Source: Callorhinchus milii (taxonomy: Eukaryota). Taken from it: DNA of 64,000 nt. The stretch is taken from positions 27,838,001 through 27,902,000 of the forward strand of contig NW_024704744.1 of NCBI RefSeq assembly GCF_018977255.1, written 5' to 3'. How positions within the stretch are numbered: position 1 is the stretch's first letter; every line of letters begins with the position of its first letter. Below the pieces are notes generated by a model. The model was not told the DNA's origin, did not search any database, and was given only the letters and a program-made list of their open reading frames with translations. A program made the position numbers and the translations under genes. Below, piece after piece: positions 11,913 to 23,502 of the stretch.

Positions 11913-13129
11913 AATACTCAGGATTCTTAGTCAAGACTTACTTGTGAATAATTGGTGAGGTCCTGAGAGGGTGACTGGAGAGCTATATCGGGGAGCAGAA
12001 TTCCGAAGGAAGAAGAGAAAAGTCAATTGTCTTCAGTCGAGGAAGAGAAGAGAAATTTAGAGGAGAAAAATTGGCAGAGAAAGGAAAAATATAATTGTCA
12101 GCAAAAATATGGTGATGTCGTAACATAATATTTTTGAAAAGTTACACATTCGGAGAGTTGTAAAATCAGCTCCATAAAATTCTGATGTTTATTTTTAGAA
12201 GTTCATTTATAACATTATTAATTGTGGTTTTGTTATTGGTTTGTCATGCTATGCTGGTTAAATATAGAATAATCACCTTCTGGCAACGAGGTATGGGGGA
12301 AATTATGACACAAGTTGTGAAACCAAAGTGGTTTCAAGCTATTAAACGGTAAGGGTTTAACTCAGATTGATTGCTATAAATAGTGACCTTTCTATCACAC
12401 CTTTATATTGGAACTTCTTCCCTTTTTTCTTAAAGCCATTTTTCTCTTTTCTTCTACTGGAGTATGGTCAATGGATCTCCCCTTATAAAGACCCAAGTGA
12501 AAATGTAGTGAACAGTGTCAGGTGGACCCCCTATGTTACAGCCCTTACCCACATGTGTCTTTTTAATGTTATACAGCAAACACAGCCTTTCATTTCATCT
12601 GTGGAGTTTTGCTGTGTGGGTTTGTGTGTCCTGTTTGGCTGCCCACACTCCTAATGAGCCACTGCTGCCAAACTGCTGCTCCACAATTCACACCATGTGA
12701 CAGGAAGAGAGGATTTACAAGCACAGTGATTAAAGCACTTTTTGTTTCAAAGTAGTATCACATAACAGGAAGAACCAGCTTTACAAGAAAATAACATGCA
12801 GTGTGTTTGTTACCAGGACATTCTATACCTTTTAGATATTAAAATATAATTTAACCATTTCCTTACAGTTCCAATCGAAATACAAAGGCCATTTTCTTTA
12901 ACTGCTTGTAAGAATTCAACTGCAAAGTTTAAATCAAATGGAACTCAAGACTAAATATCTGTCTAAAATAATCCATTAACACACAAATATGCTGTGTTCT
13001 TCCATGCTGACCGGTCTTGATCTTAAACAGTGAACGAAAGCAATTTTTAAAAACTTTATGCTAATATCTTGATATCAGTAATCACCAACAATTTAGGCAA
13101 TCAAATCTAGTCTTCATGGTTACCTCAAA

Positions 13130-13560
13130 TACACAGTCACTGCACTTTACAGTAAAAACCTGTGAAGCACTTTGAAACAATTGGACACTGTGATAAGGTA
13201 CTACTGTACATGAAATACAAGGATAAAATTGGCTGCTCACTTCAGGACTGTTTGTTGGTCATTGTTATGTGCATATTGGCTGCCATATTCATCTATAGTA
13301 TTTGTTGCATATTAACAATGATCAAGATCCCATGGGACTGTTTGAAAACTAAAAGGACTTTCTCCCAGTGTTTTAGTCAATAATCTCTCAGATAAAATAG
13401 GTCATCCATGTCTCTTTGTGGGACATTGCTGTGTGCAAATCGGCTGTCGATTTCACCTGCAAAATGTGCATTTATTACACTCTACAGTAAATCGTGTGAG
13501 AGATTTGAGATATCTTGACACAAGGAGGCACTGCATCAAATGCAAGTATTATTACAGTAT
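13130..13560 (+). mobile_element. Cluster of SINE 3' halves
   Basis: Repeated tttgtgggacattgctgtgtgcaaat and gtgaagcactttga tail motifs. Confidence 0.7.
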
Positions 13561-13645
13561 TATTTATTGTTAACCAACTGAGTTTAAAGTTTGTCTCAAG
13601 CAATCAAACATTAAACTCAGTTGGTTAATAATGAATAATACTGTA
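13553..13645. repeat. Near-perfect hairpin with 41-bp arms and an 11-nt loop
   Basis: 13553-13593 is the reverse complement of 13605-13645 with 3 differences. Confidence 0.9.
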
Positions 13646-14769
13646 TGACCAGCTCTGACCAGTATCACAGGTATATTAGCACTTTCTTGATCCAATCCAT
13701 TCACTTAATCTTTTAATCGTTTCTCATCAACTTTGAGCACATAATAAATATAATAATAATCCTTGCATTTGATATAGCGCCTTATCACATCTTCGAGACG
13801 TCTCAAAGCACTTCACAGAATATACTGTGACATCTTTGTAAACTCTATAAAAATAATATTATTTTTAATAATCACCTAATTATAGAAACAAACTTTTTGG
13901 GAAGAGCCTTAAAGTAAGTGTGGGTAACAACATCTTTTCAGGGTATTTGTCCAGTTGAGAGTTTTTCCTAACAGGATTGAGATCAAGACTTCACCTTCAA
14001 AGCTTCAACAATGAGACTGAAAGGCTGGTTAATCTAATGATATTTCCTGGACTGTTTCTTGGTTCAACATCAGAAAGCTCCAGTTATCCCTTCCCACCAG
14101 GAGGATTTTCTTTCGATCTAGTCTAAAGGGTGAGACATGGAATGTTTGGAACAGTCTAACTCACCCCAGCTTAGGTCTGAAATTCTGTACACCATCCAGC
14201 GCCTTGGGATGTCCTCCCGATGTGAAAGGCGCTATACAAATGTAATCTTGTTATTGTTGTTGTTGTAATTCAAATGGAGCTGGAGGTTGTCTGAAGTTTT
14301 AATTTCACTGTCACCAAAGCCTAAAGATGTCATTTTGGAATAATTCCTTTTCCTTATTAAAATAAGGAGATGTGAACAGCTAAACCTGCATGGTGATTTG
14401 CTTATTTCAGCATTACTTTGAGTGTAAAAACATTAAGTGACACCTGGCCAATGTAATAATTACAGAAGGAAAGTAGAGAATGCTGGCCATCTAATATCAA
14501 AGTATGAAATGCCAGAAATGCCCAGTCACACCGATCAGGGTCTGAGAGCCACTGAGGTCCTCTCTCATGCTCTGATTTTCTCTCAATGAGGTTTCATGTC
14601 TTCCTTCAACCAGGAGTGGTGGGATGATTCAGTGCACATTAATTGCACAGTTTCAAGGAATTGATAGAATTTGTAGCCCATCCTTTCCACAAACAACATG
14701 AGGCAAATGGCTGCCACATGGTGNTTTTTTCCAATCCTTCCTCTGACCACTGTAAAGCTAACTCAGGAA

Positions 14770-15200
14770 TCTTTAGCCTGTCAGTCTGGCTCTCGCCTCA
14801 GAGTCAGAAAGTTGGGTGTTCAGGCCCCATGTCAGGACTTTGAGCTCATGTCTAGGATGACAAGACAAAGCAATACTAGGGGGTGTTGCATTGTTGGAGG
14901 TGCCAATCTTCAGATGAGACCTTAAACCAAGATTCTGTCTGCCTGTTCAGATGGATATTAAAGATTTTATGGCACTATCTGAAAAGAGAAGGGAGTTTCT
15001 CTGGTGTCCTAGTCAACAAAACCACAAATAAAATTGGTCATTCACTTCATGGCTGTTTGTGTGATATTGTTGTATACAAATTGGCTGCCACGCTTCTCTA
15101 CCAAATACACAGTCACTACACTTGACAGTGTATCCTGTGAAGCACTTTGAGATGCCCTTTGTGAAAGGCGCTACACCAGGTGTAAGGATTATTATTATTA
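14770..15200 (+). mobile_element. Full-length Deu-domain SINE (family B)
   Basis: Head ctctcgcctcagagtcagaaagttgggtgttcagg; Deu core ggaggtgccaatcttcagatgagac; (att)n tail. Confidence 0.88.
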
Positions 15201-15369
15201 TTCACCTTTGAAGAGGAGATGCACAGAAAAAAAGGTCCTTGATTCAGGGTTGTAAAGGGCAATTTCAGGACAGACAACAGGATGTATTTCTTTACCCAGC
15301 GGATCATTAGCAAACAAGTTATCAGGAAGGATGGTTGAGGACAGGACACTGGACTCGTTTTAAAAATCA

Positions 15370-15558
15370 CAGTATTCGCTGGGAACACGCAGCAGGTTAG
15401 GCAGCATCCATGGCGAGAGGAAACTTAGTTAACGTTGCAGGTCTATGACCTTTCATCAGAACTGGTGAAAGGTCATAGACGAAAGGTCATAGTCCTGAAG
15501 TCCCAGCAACTTCTGTGTTTATACCAGATTTCCAGCATCTGCAATACTTTGCCTTTCA
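15370..15558. mobile_element. Penelope-like-derived palindromic element with 11-bp TSD, nested in a CR1 fragment
   Basis: TSD tttaaaaatca at 15359-15369 and 15559-15569; same family as 3005-3145; back-to-back degenerate hammerhead cores. Confidence 0.75.
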
Positions 15559-16480
15559 TTTAAAAATCAGCTTGATTTTGTGATGGGAGTAGGGTAGGGG
15601 GCCCATCCAGCACTGTGAATGCGCTTTGGGACATCATCCCTAACCAAAAGATGACAATATAGTATAAGTATATATTGTACTGTATTGTATTCTAGAAGGA
15701 TGAGATCAGATGGGCTAAAGGATCTTCATTCGAACAGATCTTGTGAAATTGTAATACAAGCGAGCTGGAGTGAAATTGCAATACAACAAACTAAAAATTC
15801 TCTGTTTGAAGTTAAGGTTTATGACTACATCACTATTCTTCAATTCGTTCATTCCCATTATACAGTGCTCAAAGGGTCAATATTCTCCTGGAGTGCATTA
15901 AATAAAGGCAAGTGGAAGCAAAACTGCATGTACAGAACACTATTGCCTTTTTCAGTGATATATGTGTACAGAGGAGTTATCCATCTTTTACATGTCTGAG
16001 CTCCTTCTGAGTTTGATTTTCACAAAATGGTCTGTGATAAATCTGCTCTGTCACTTTGGTCAATATTATGGGCTATTTCTTTGTCTGCTGATGGGAACAA
16101 CTATTGCCTATTGGGAGCCATGTGGCTCAAGAGCCTGTTCACTGTGAAATTCAACACAGTGTTGATTTACACAGGCACAGACTGAAAAAAAATGACTGCG
16201 ATAATATTGACTTGAGAGGCGGAATAAGTCAGCTGTCAGTGATGAAGAGGGGGTAGCCTGGCAGCCAAATTCAATGTGATGCAAAGCTGGACCTGTTCTC
16301 TATTTGCAAAGAATGTAGAATTCAGCAATGTTCAAAAAATCAATAAGGCTGCTCCGATAGTTCCAGCATCAAATTTTACTGTCTGGAATCCATCCCAAGC
16401 ATGGGTGAGGCATGTTTAGTTATGTCATGAGTATACCAACTCGCTGGAGCCTGGAAGATACAGTATGCTTTGGATTGATA

Positions 16481-16616
16481 TAAGTATGAAACTGAGCAAT
16501 CAGATCCTAAATGTAACCTTATGGAGTTTGTACAGCCCTGAAATAAAGGCAAGTTGCTGCGCAGTGTAATTTTAATGATGGTTGTCTGAAAGAGGGTCTG
16601 CAATGGGAAGACTTTT
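16481..16616 (+). repeat. Arm 1 of a 136-bp inverted repeat (partner 19697-19832)
   Basis: taagtatgaaactgagcaatcagatcctaaatgtaaccttatggagtt... matches the reverse complement of 19697-19832. Confidence 0.9.
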
Positions 16617-17237
16617 GTAAGGCATCTAAAATCCTATGAAGCGTTTTGGGACATCTCAACGACTTGATAAGGCTCTATACCAAATGCAAAAATTATTTTT
16701 ATTATTATAAGCCAGTCTAGAGAAATCCCATTTGGATAAGTGAAAATCCCTGTAACTGATAACTTATGTTGTACTGTAGAAACTGCTAAAAAGTAACATA
16801 AGTGCACAGAATGTTCTTTGAACTGTGTGAAAAACTGATTTATCACAATATTTATGCCCTGTTCATATTGCTGGAAATGAAGCGATACCAGTTTCAACAG
16901 TAAAGTAATCAGGAGGGTGCAAGGCTGATATATGCTTCACAAAATTGAATGGCACTAGCGTGGACTAAAGAGCGTTCTGTACAATTTAAAGCTAAGAACT
17001 TGTGCAGAACTCTTATACCCACTGTTATTTTTCTTTTAATGTTCAAAAGAATGTTATGTTCTACCCTTTAATATCATTAAAATTTATCCTTGAAGTATTC
17101 TTGAGCCCCTGACAAGCTATAAATAATAAGGCAGGAATTGAGGACTATCACTAGAAGAATAAAGGGGAGGTTAAAAGATTTGTTTTACGCAGTGTGAAAT
17201 TTTTTCAGAAAAGTGGCTATGGAAAATAGGAATAGGA

Positions 17238-17430
17238 TAATAATAATAATAATAATCCTTTATCCTTGCATTTGAAATAGCACCATATCACGTCTTCGAG
17301 ACGTCTCAAAACGCTTCACAGAATATACTGTAAAATGAATTCACTGTATATTTGTGGACGAATTGCGGCAGCCAGTTGCGCACAGCAGTGTCCCACAAAC
17401 AGTCATGGATTGAGTGACCAAATTATTATA
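17238..17430 (-). mobile_element. SINE family A 3' half
   Basis: (aat)n tail; cagtgtcccacaaacagtcatggattgagtgacc. Confidence 0.85.
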
Positions 17431-17694
17431 GAATAAATATTTGAAGAAAATAATTTCAAAGGACATGGGGGAAAGAACAAGGTATGAGGGAGTCAGCATC
17501 AGCTCAAAAACGATAGACCAATTGGCCTCTTTCTGTGCTTTAAACATTGTATAAATTTGTTGTTGCTTGCTTTTATATAGTGTTGCCAAAGAACAGCTGG
17601 TCATGGTTGAATTCTAAATGTATATGGAGGTTATTGCTAGTTTTGACCTGTGTGAATTCTAACCCAGTTCTAGACCCTTTCAGGAGGGAGGAAC

Positions 17695-18036
17695 NNNNNN
17701 NNNNNNNNNNNNNNNNNNNNNNNNNNNNNNNNNNNNNNNNNNNNNNNNNNNNNNNNNNNNNNNNNNNNNNNNNNNNNNNNNNNNNNNNNNNNNNNNNNNN
17801 NNNNNNNNNNNNNNNNNNNNNNNNNNNNNNNNNNNNNNNNNNNNNNNNNNNNNNNNNNNNNNNNNNNNNNNNNNNNNNNNNNNNNNNNNNNNNNNNNNNN
17901 NNNNNNNNNNNNNNNNNNNNNNNNNNNNNNNNNNNNNNNNNNNNNNNNNNNNNNNNNNNNNNNNNNNNNNNNNNNNNNNNNNNNNNNNNNNNNNNNNNNN
18001 NNNNNNNNNNNNNNNNNNNNNNNNNNNNNNNNNNNN
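17695..18036. other. Assembly gap (342 N)
   Basis: Run of N. Confidence 1.
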
Positions 18037-18039
18037 TAT

Positions 18040-18365
18040 CAATAACCTTTTCATAGGCAAATGAGAGTCATTTGCACACAAGGCTCCACAGTCAGGAGGT
18101 GAATGACTACATATGCAGAGGTTAATTTTCCAGGAGAAAGGAAGAAACTCCCTTCTCTTTTCAAATATCAATCCACCTGAAGGACAGGCAGAAGGACTTC
18201 AGTTTAATGTTCAAACCTGAAAATTGCTATCTCCGTCAATGCAATGCTCAGTGCTGTATATTAGTGTCAGCCTAGACCAAGAGCTCAATTTCTATCATGG
18301 AGCTTGACCTTACAACCTTCTGACCCAAAGGGGAGAGTGCAACAAATGTAGTCAAGTTGACAGTC
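18040..18365 (-). mobile_element. Deu-domain SINE (family B), truncated by the gap
   Basis: tccacctgaaggacaggcagaaggacttcagtttaatg; head acaaccttctgacccaaaggggagagtgc. Confidence 0.75.
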
Positions 18366-18424
18366 TATACATTATTCAGCCTAGTTATTGTCATCATCTT
18401 AATGTAGCACCATGACTGATACAT

Positions 18425-18843
18425 GTGTCAGCCTAGTTCAGCTGGTAGCTCTCTCACCTCTGAATCAGAAGGATGTAGGTTCAAGCTCCTATGTTGGGAC
18501 ATAGTCTATGCTGACACTCCAGTGCTGGGGGCGTATGCTGCATTGATGGAGGTGCCATCCTTCGGATGAGAAGTTAAACGAAGGGCCCACCTACCTGTTC
18601 AAGTGGACATTAAAGACCCCAAAAGAGAAGGGAGCTTCTCTCTGTGTCCTGGTTAAGAATCCTCCAGATAAAATTGATCATTCACCTCATGGTTGTTTGT
18701 GGGACATTGCTGTGTGGAAATGGTCTGCTGCGTTTGCCTACAAATACACAGTTACTACACTTTACAGTGTAGCCTGTGAAGCTCTTTTATAGGTCCTCCT
18801 GACATGAAAGCTGCTGTACCAAATGTAGGGATTATTATTATTA
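18425..18843 (+). mobile_element. Full-length Deu-domain SINE (family B)
   Basis: ggaggtgccatccttcggatgagaagttaaacgaagg core; head and (att)n tail. Confidence 0.88.
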
Positions 18844-19289
18844 CGGGCAAAGAGTGAAAACACATATTCGCTACTCTGTGAGAAAAGTACTTAACTATAG
18901 TGGAGCTTGACCCCATAAAGTCAGGTTGGATAATGTTACAAACTGCTTTATGCAACAATTTTTAAGGTTTTTAAATCTTTAATGTGAGTGTATATATATA
19001 TATAAGCAAAATTATATTAGATAACAATTTGAGCTTGCCCTGCCAAGGTTACCTTATCGAGGTTTTTGTCTTATTGAGTTAGCACCAAAAATTGCTTCCA
19101 TCAGGAAGATTGGACTAGATAGAAACAGACAAACACAATCACAAAATTGCTTCATCATTTATATAATTATCTCCCTTTTTCTGTGCAGTCTTTATAACTT
19201 GGCATCTTTGTGACATTCCAGAGAAGGACGCAGATGCCATTTAACAAGTAATAGACAAGTAAACATCAGACTTGAACCATCAGAAGCTC

Positions 19290-19503
19290 AAAAGGAGGAT
19301 AGAATTTCTCCTAGGGTCTTGGCCAAATAAAATTGGTCACTCGTTCCTCGGCTCTTTGTGGGCCAGTGCTGTGCGCAAATTGGCTGTTGTGTTCACCCAC
19401 AAAATATACATAGTCACACCACTTTACAGTATATCCTGTGACACGCTTTGAGACATCTCAGTGATACGATAAGGTGCTATATCAAATGCAAGGATTATTA
19501 TAC
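19290..19503 (+). mobile_element. SINE 3' half
   Basis: tgctgtgcgcaaattggctg...ggtgctatatcaaatgcaaggattatt. Confidence 0.8.
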
Positions 19504-19696
19504 TATATATATATAAGATCAGGCCTTAATAAGATTTTTTTAGGAAACACTATATAGGGGTGGTGTGGAGTTTTGCACATACATTAATCTGATAGTAACT
19601 CATGAGGAGATTGTAAATTACTTGGTCTTGAATCAGTCTGCAGCAGATTCTGAGATCAAGGTGTTAACTTGCTATTGTTATAACAATTGTTCTTCT

Positions 19697-19832
19697 AAAA
19701 GTTTTTCCATTGCAAACTCTTTTACAGACCAACTTCCTTAAAATTTCACTGCACTGCAACTTGCCTTTATCTCAGAGCTGCACGAACTCCATAAGGTTAC
19801 ATTTAGGATCTGATTGCTTAGTTTCATACTTA
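19697..19832 (-). repeat. Arm 2 of the 136-bp inverted repeat (partner 16481-16616)
   Basis: Direct visual alignment with long exact blocks. Confidence 0.9.
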
Positions 19833-21203
19833 CGAACGATTTAATGGAGAGATAGCAAAGTGGGTATTCTGGAAGGACGGGATCAAAGGGGCCCAAGGGC
19901 CTTCTTCATTTGAGCTGTTCTTGTGATCTCTTATGACCCATTTTAAAATGGCTAAGAGATATGTTTAGCCTAAGGTCTGGAAATAAGAGTTGAATGGCTC
20001 GTTCACTAATGCAGGAATATCAAACAACATAAAGTACATGTTAAGGATTACAATACAATTTACATTTATATAACACTTTCACATCAGGAGGACATCTCAA
20101 AGCACATTCACAGTGCTTAAATCAAAACAAATATTAAATTGAATATGCAGGTCCTATTATGGCACAGTTGGTAAAGTCAATGCCTAGAGTGAAACTCAGC
20201 CTTGTGCAAGACTGACATGTTGCTTTTAACCACTCAGTTATTGGGGAATCTGAGACTAGTGTAACTGAAGTATTTTTAATACAGCAACAGAACTACAAAG
20301 GCCAAGTGCTATTTGCAAATGTATTGCCATTATTTGGATACAGCCCAAAACTCCAAGAGATATTAAAGTTAATACTTCACAACAGAAAATTAGATTTAGT
20401 GACTGATAGGAGACAAAGCAGCTGAGGATGAAAGAATAGGCGTTTCACAATAGAAAAAGATCGATATCTGCAATTTCCTTTTACTTTGTACAACTAAAGA
20501 TGACAAAGTGTATTAGGAAGAATGTTATTTTTTCTTTGGACTGCACGTACAGCTCTGGCTCTGAGCTGTGACTTATTGAATAGGTGAACATGTAAAATAA
20601 ACATATGAAGACACTTAATACGCAGATAAAACTCAGTTACTCTGGTCTGAAACCTTTACAACCAGTGGACATTGAGTTGCATTATGATAAATCAGATAAA
20701 TATTGCACTTTGTGCCAACTCAGTTTTATTTGGATTTCTGAGCTGTATCTTCTTACTGAAACATTCCCACAAAGGAATAAAGTTAGCAAAACGCTCTGTT
20801 CATCCAGACTTCCATTGTTCAGCTTTCCCCTATAAATTGAGGGTTCCTGCATGTGAAAAAAAATCCTTTCATTTAAGCTGCTGATCTATTACGTACAGAT
20901 GCACGGTTAGAAACATAGGAATGTATAGGCCGGAAAAGAACATTGCCGTCCATCTGGCCAATCCCAAAGTCAAAAAAATAATCAGATACAACTCTATCTC
21001 TCAATTGATTTCTTTGCCAAATAGCTGTTTAATTCTGTCTTGAATTTGCTGGCTCAATCCGTCTCACTGGATAGTGCATTCCACATATTCATAACTAATA
21101 CTGAACCGCCTGGCCACCCGCCCTCTTCTGAATTTGAATCTGTGTCCCACTGTTCTAGTTTTTCTGACAATGCTAACGATATTTTTAGGAAACAGCTGAT
21201 CTT

Positions 21204-21856
21204 TGGCCTGGCTGCCTTTGTTGTAGCACTCTCACCTCTGAGTCAGAAGGTTGTGGGTTCAAACTCTACATTGGGAGACCTCTAGCTCAGAGCCTAAGTT
21301 GTATAGTATAGTATTACATTTAGTATTAGCTCAGAATCTGGACTAGTCTGACATTCCAATACAGTGCTGTCCTTCAAATAAGTGTTGAACCGAGGTCTAA
21401 TTTGCTTGCTTGGGTGGACGTTAAAGATCCTGTTACATTGTTTGACAAGGATGTTTCTCCCCAAATCCTGCCCCAAAATAATAAAACTGATCTTTAACTT
21501 CATGGCTGTTTGTGGGATATTGATTGCAAGTGAGAGACCTGAGTTTGATTCCCAGCGGTGAAATGTTGGGCAAGTTTCCTTACTCCACACGCTTCTGTTT
21601 ACCTAACAGTAAGTAGGAGCCCAGCTGTTAGTTGATTGGAGGATCGCTTTTCCAGGGGTAATAATTTCTTCAAAAAAAAATTGGCACTCAATCCACAACC
21701 GTTTGTGGGACACTACTGATCGCAATTGACTGCCGCATTTTGCCCACAAAATATACAGTCAATTTACTTTACAGCATATTCTGTAAAGCGCTTTCAGACA
21801 TCTTGAAGACCTGATAAGGTGCTATATCAAATGCAAGGATTATTACTATTATTATA
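21204..21856 (+). mobile_element. Family B SINE followed by or fused to a family A SINE
   Basis: Deu-type head and core at 21204-21525, then gcaagtgagagacctgagtttgattccc...tail at 21525-21856. Confidence 0.85.
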
Positions 21857-23294
21857 AATGAATGAAATTCCTGCCTGGTAACCGCTCCTTGCTCATTAAA
21901 TGTGGAAATATTAGCGTTTCCCTAAATTGTACAAATCAAATAATTGCAGACTGATTGAGATGAACAGTCTGAGTAGTAACAATGGGTAAGCTAGAATGTG
22001 AAATAGAAATCTATTCTGGAGTTTTTGCTTGATTTTGAGTTTCATACAGCTTCCAGTTGAACTTCTCCCCCAGTACTTAGAATGGATGGAGGAAAACAAT
22101 TGATAAGGAAAGATCATAGAGGGAGCGGTCTTGATAGACCAAATGGACTTTTCTCATTTAGGGATTTTTGCACCCTCCAAAATCAATAGATAGGGAATGA
22201 CACATGCTACAAATCATTGATTTCCTGATCATCAGTTTGTCATTCATATCACTTTCTATAAGCTGCGGATGCACGCTACATGTGAGTTGTAGATATCACG
22301 TATGTGCAGTATGCATGAAGTGATGTGTGATAGTGACCTAATGACCTGAAAGTTGGCCATTTTTAGTGGGCAAAAAGCGTTGGTGTGCATGTTGGACCCA
22401 ACCACAGGTCCACAAGACACCTTATAAGTGATCTTGTCTCATAAGGGAGCACCTTAGAAGGGGGTTCTACTGTATTTATAACAGAAAAATACTGTTAAGC
22501 CCAATACTTTCAATCATTCTCTACTCTACAAACATCCTATTGACCATATCCTTCAATCCCTTCTTTATCCAGAAATCCTTATACTGTCCATTTTTTTTGA
22601 CTTCCCTTCTTACTCATAGCTTCCTCATTTTTAACCCATGTACTCTGGTATTCAAACTCTTCAATGCAATGAACAATTTACCTGTTATCAACTTGGTGAA
22701 TTTTCTTCACAAAATCAAACACTTCAATTTGGGCATATCAAAGTCTCCTATTTTCCAAACAGAAGAGCCTCAAGTACCATAGCTTTTTCGTATAACATAT
22801 ATATTCCTGAGACCCAGACTCAGGTGAGTTGCTGCCGGTGTACCTTTCCTTGGAAATTACATCCTTCTGATTGTGTTAAGAATGAAAGAAGCAGGAGAGA
22901 TGGTACAATGAATTGTATTATTAATTAGGAGATGGGTTCCCAATATTAGCCAAGCTGCAAGAGAAACAGGCAAAAGTTAGCCAGTGGTTCAACCTTCAGC
23001 AGGCTCTTTCTTATCTTAATGGATTGCTAAAGATCTAATTGGAGAAGTCTGGTAACAGGCTGCTGCTGACTTTCCACTCTGTTGAAGAATGGTGAGTGAA
23101 ATGAGGGAAATGCACGGAAAGAGGGAGATAAATTACTAAACATTGGAGAAATTAATTTAACAACGAAATAAGAATAAAGCAAGGAAGGGGTGCAAAATAA
23201 AACTTTGAAAAGGGGAATTAAAATTAAAGTGACAGACAACGGGAGAGAGAAAAGATTTGTTATGATCAGACGGATGGCTGACACAGACAGACAC

Positions 23295-23502
23295 AGACGC
23301 TGACACAGACCCATTACTATTCTTAAGAGTATCCAAACCAGACTGAGAGTTCCACATATGCATGGAAATTGTGCACTTTCCCTACAGTTTATTGCACACA
23401 GTTTATCTAATCCTAGAGTTAGGTACAGGTTGGCAAGTGCTTAGGTTTGAGGATCCCTCTCTGTGCACTAGGGATACTGCTGGAATTTAATCAGCTGGAA
23501 AG
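23295..23502 (+). repeat. Copy of an unclassified modular dispersed repeat
   Basis: cttaagagtatccaaacc...aggttggcaag...tactgctgga...cagctg shared with 45310-45560 and (inverted) 48970-49085. Confidence 0.75.

Noticed and set aside
17547-18171. 163-169 aa ORFs
   Set aside because: Artefacts of reading through the N gap
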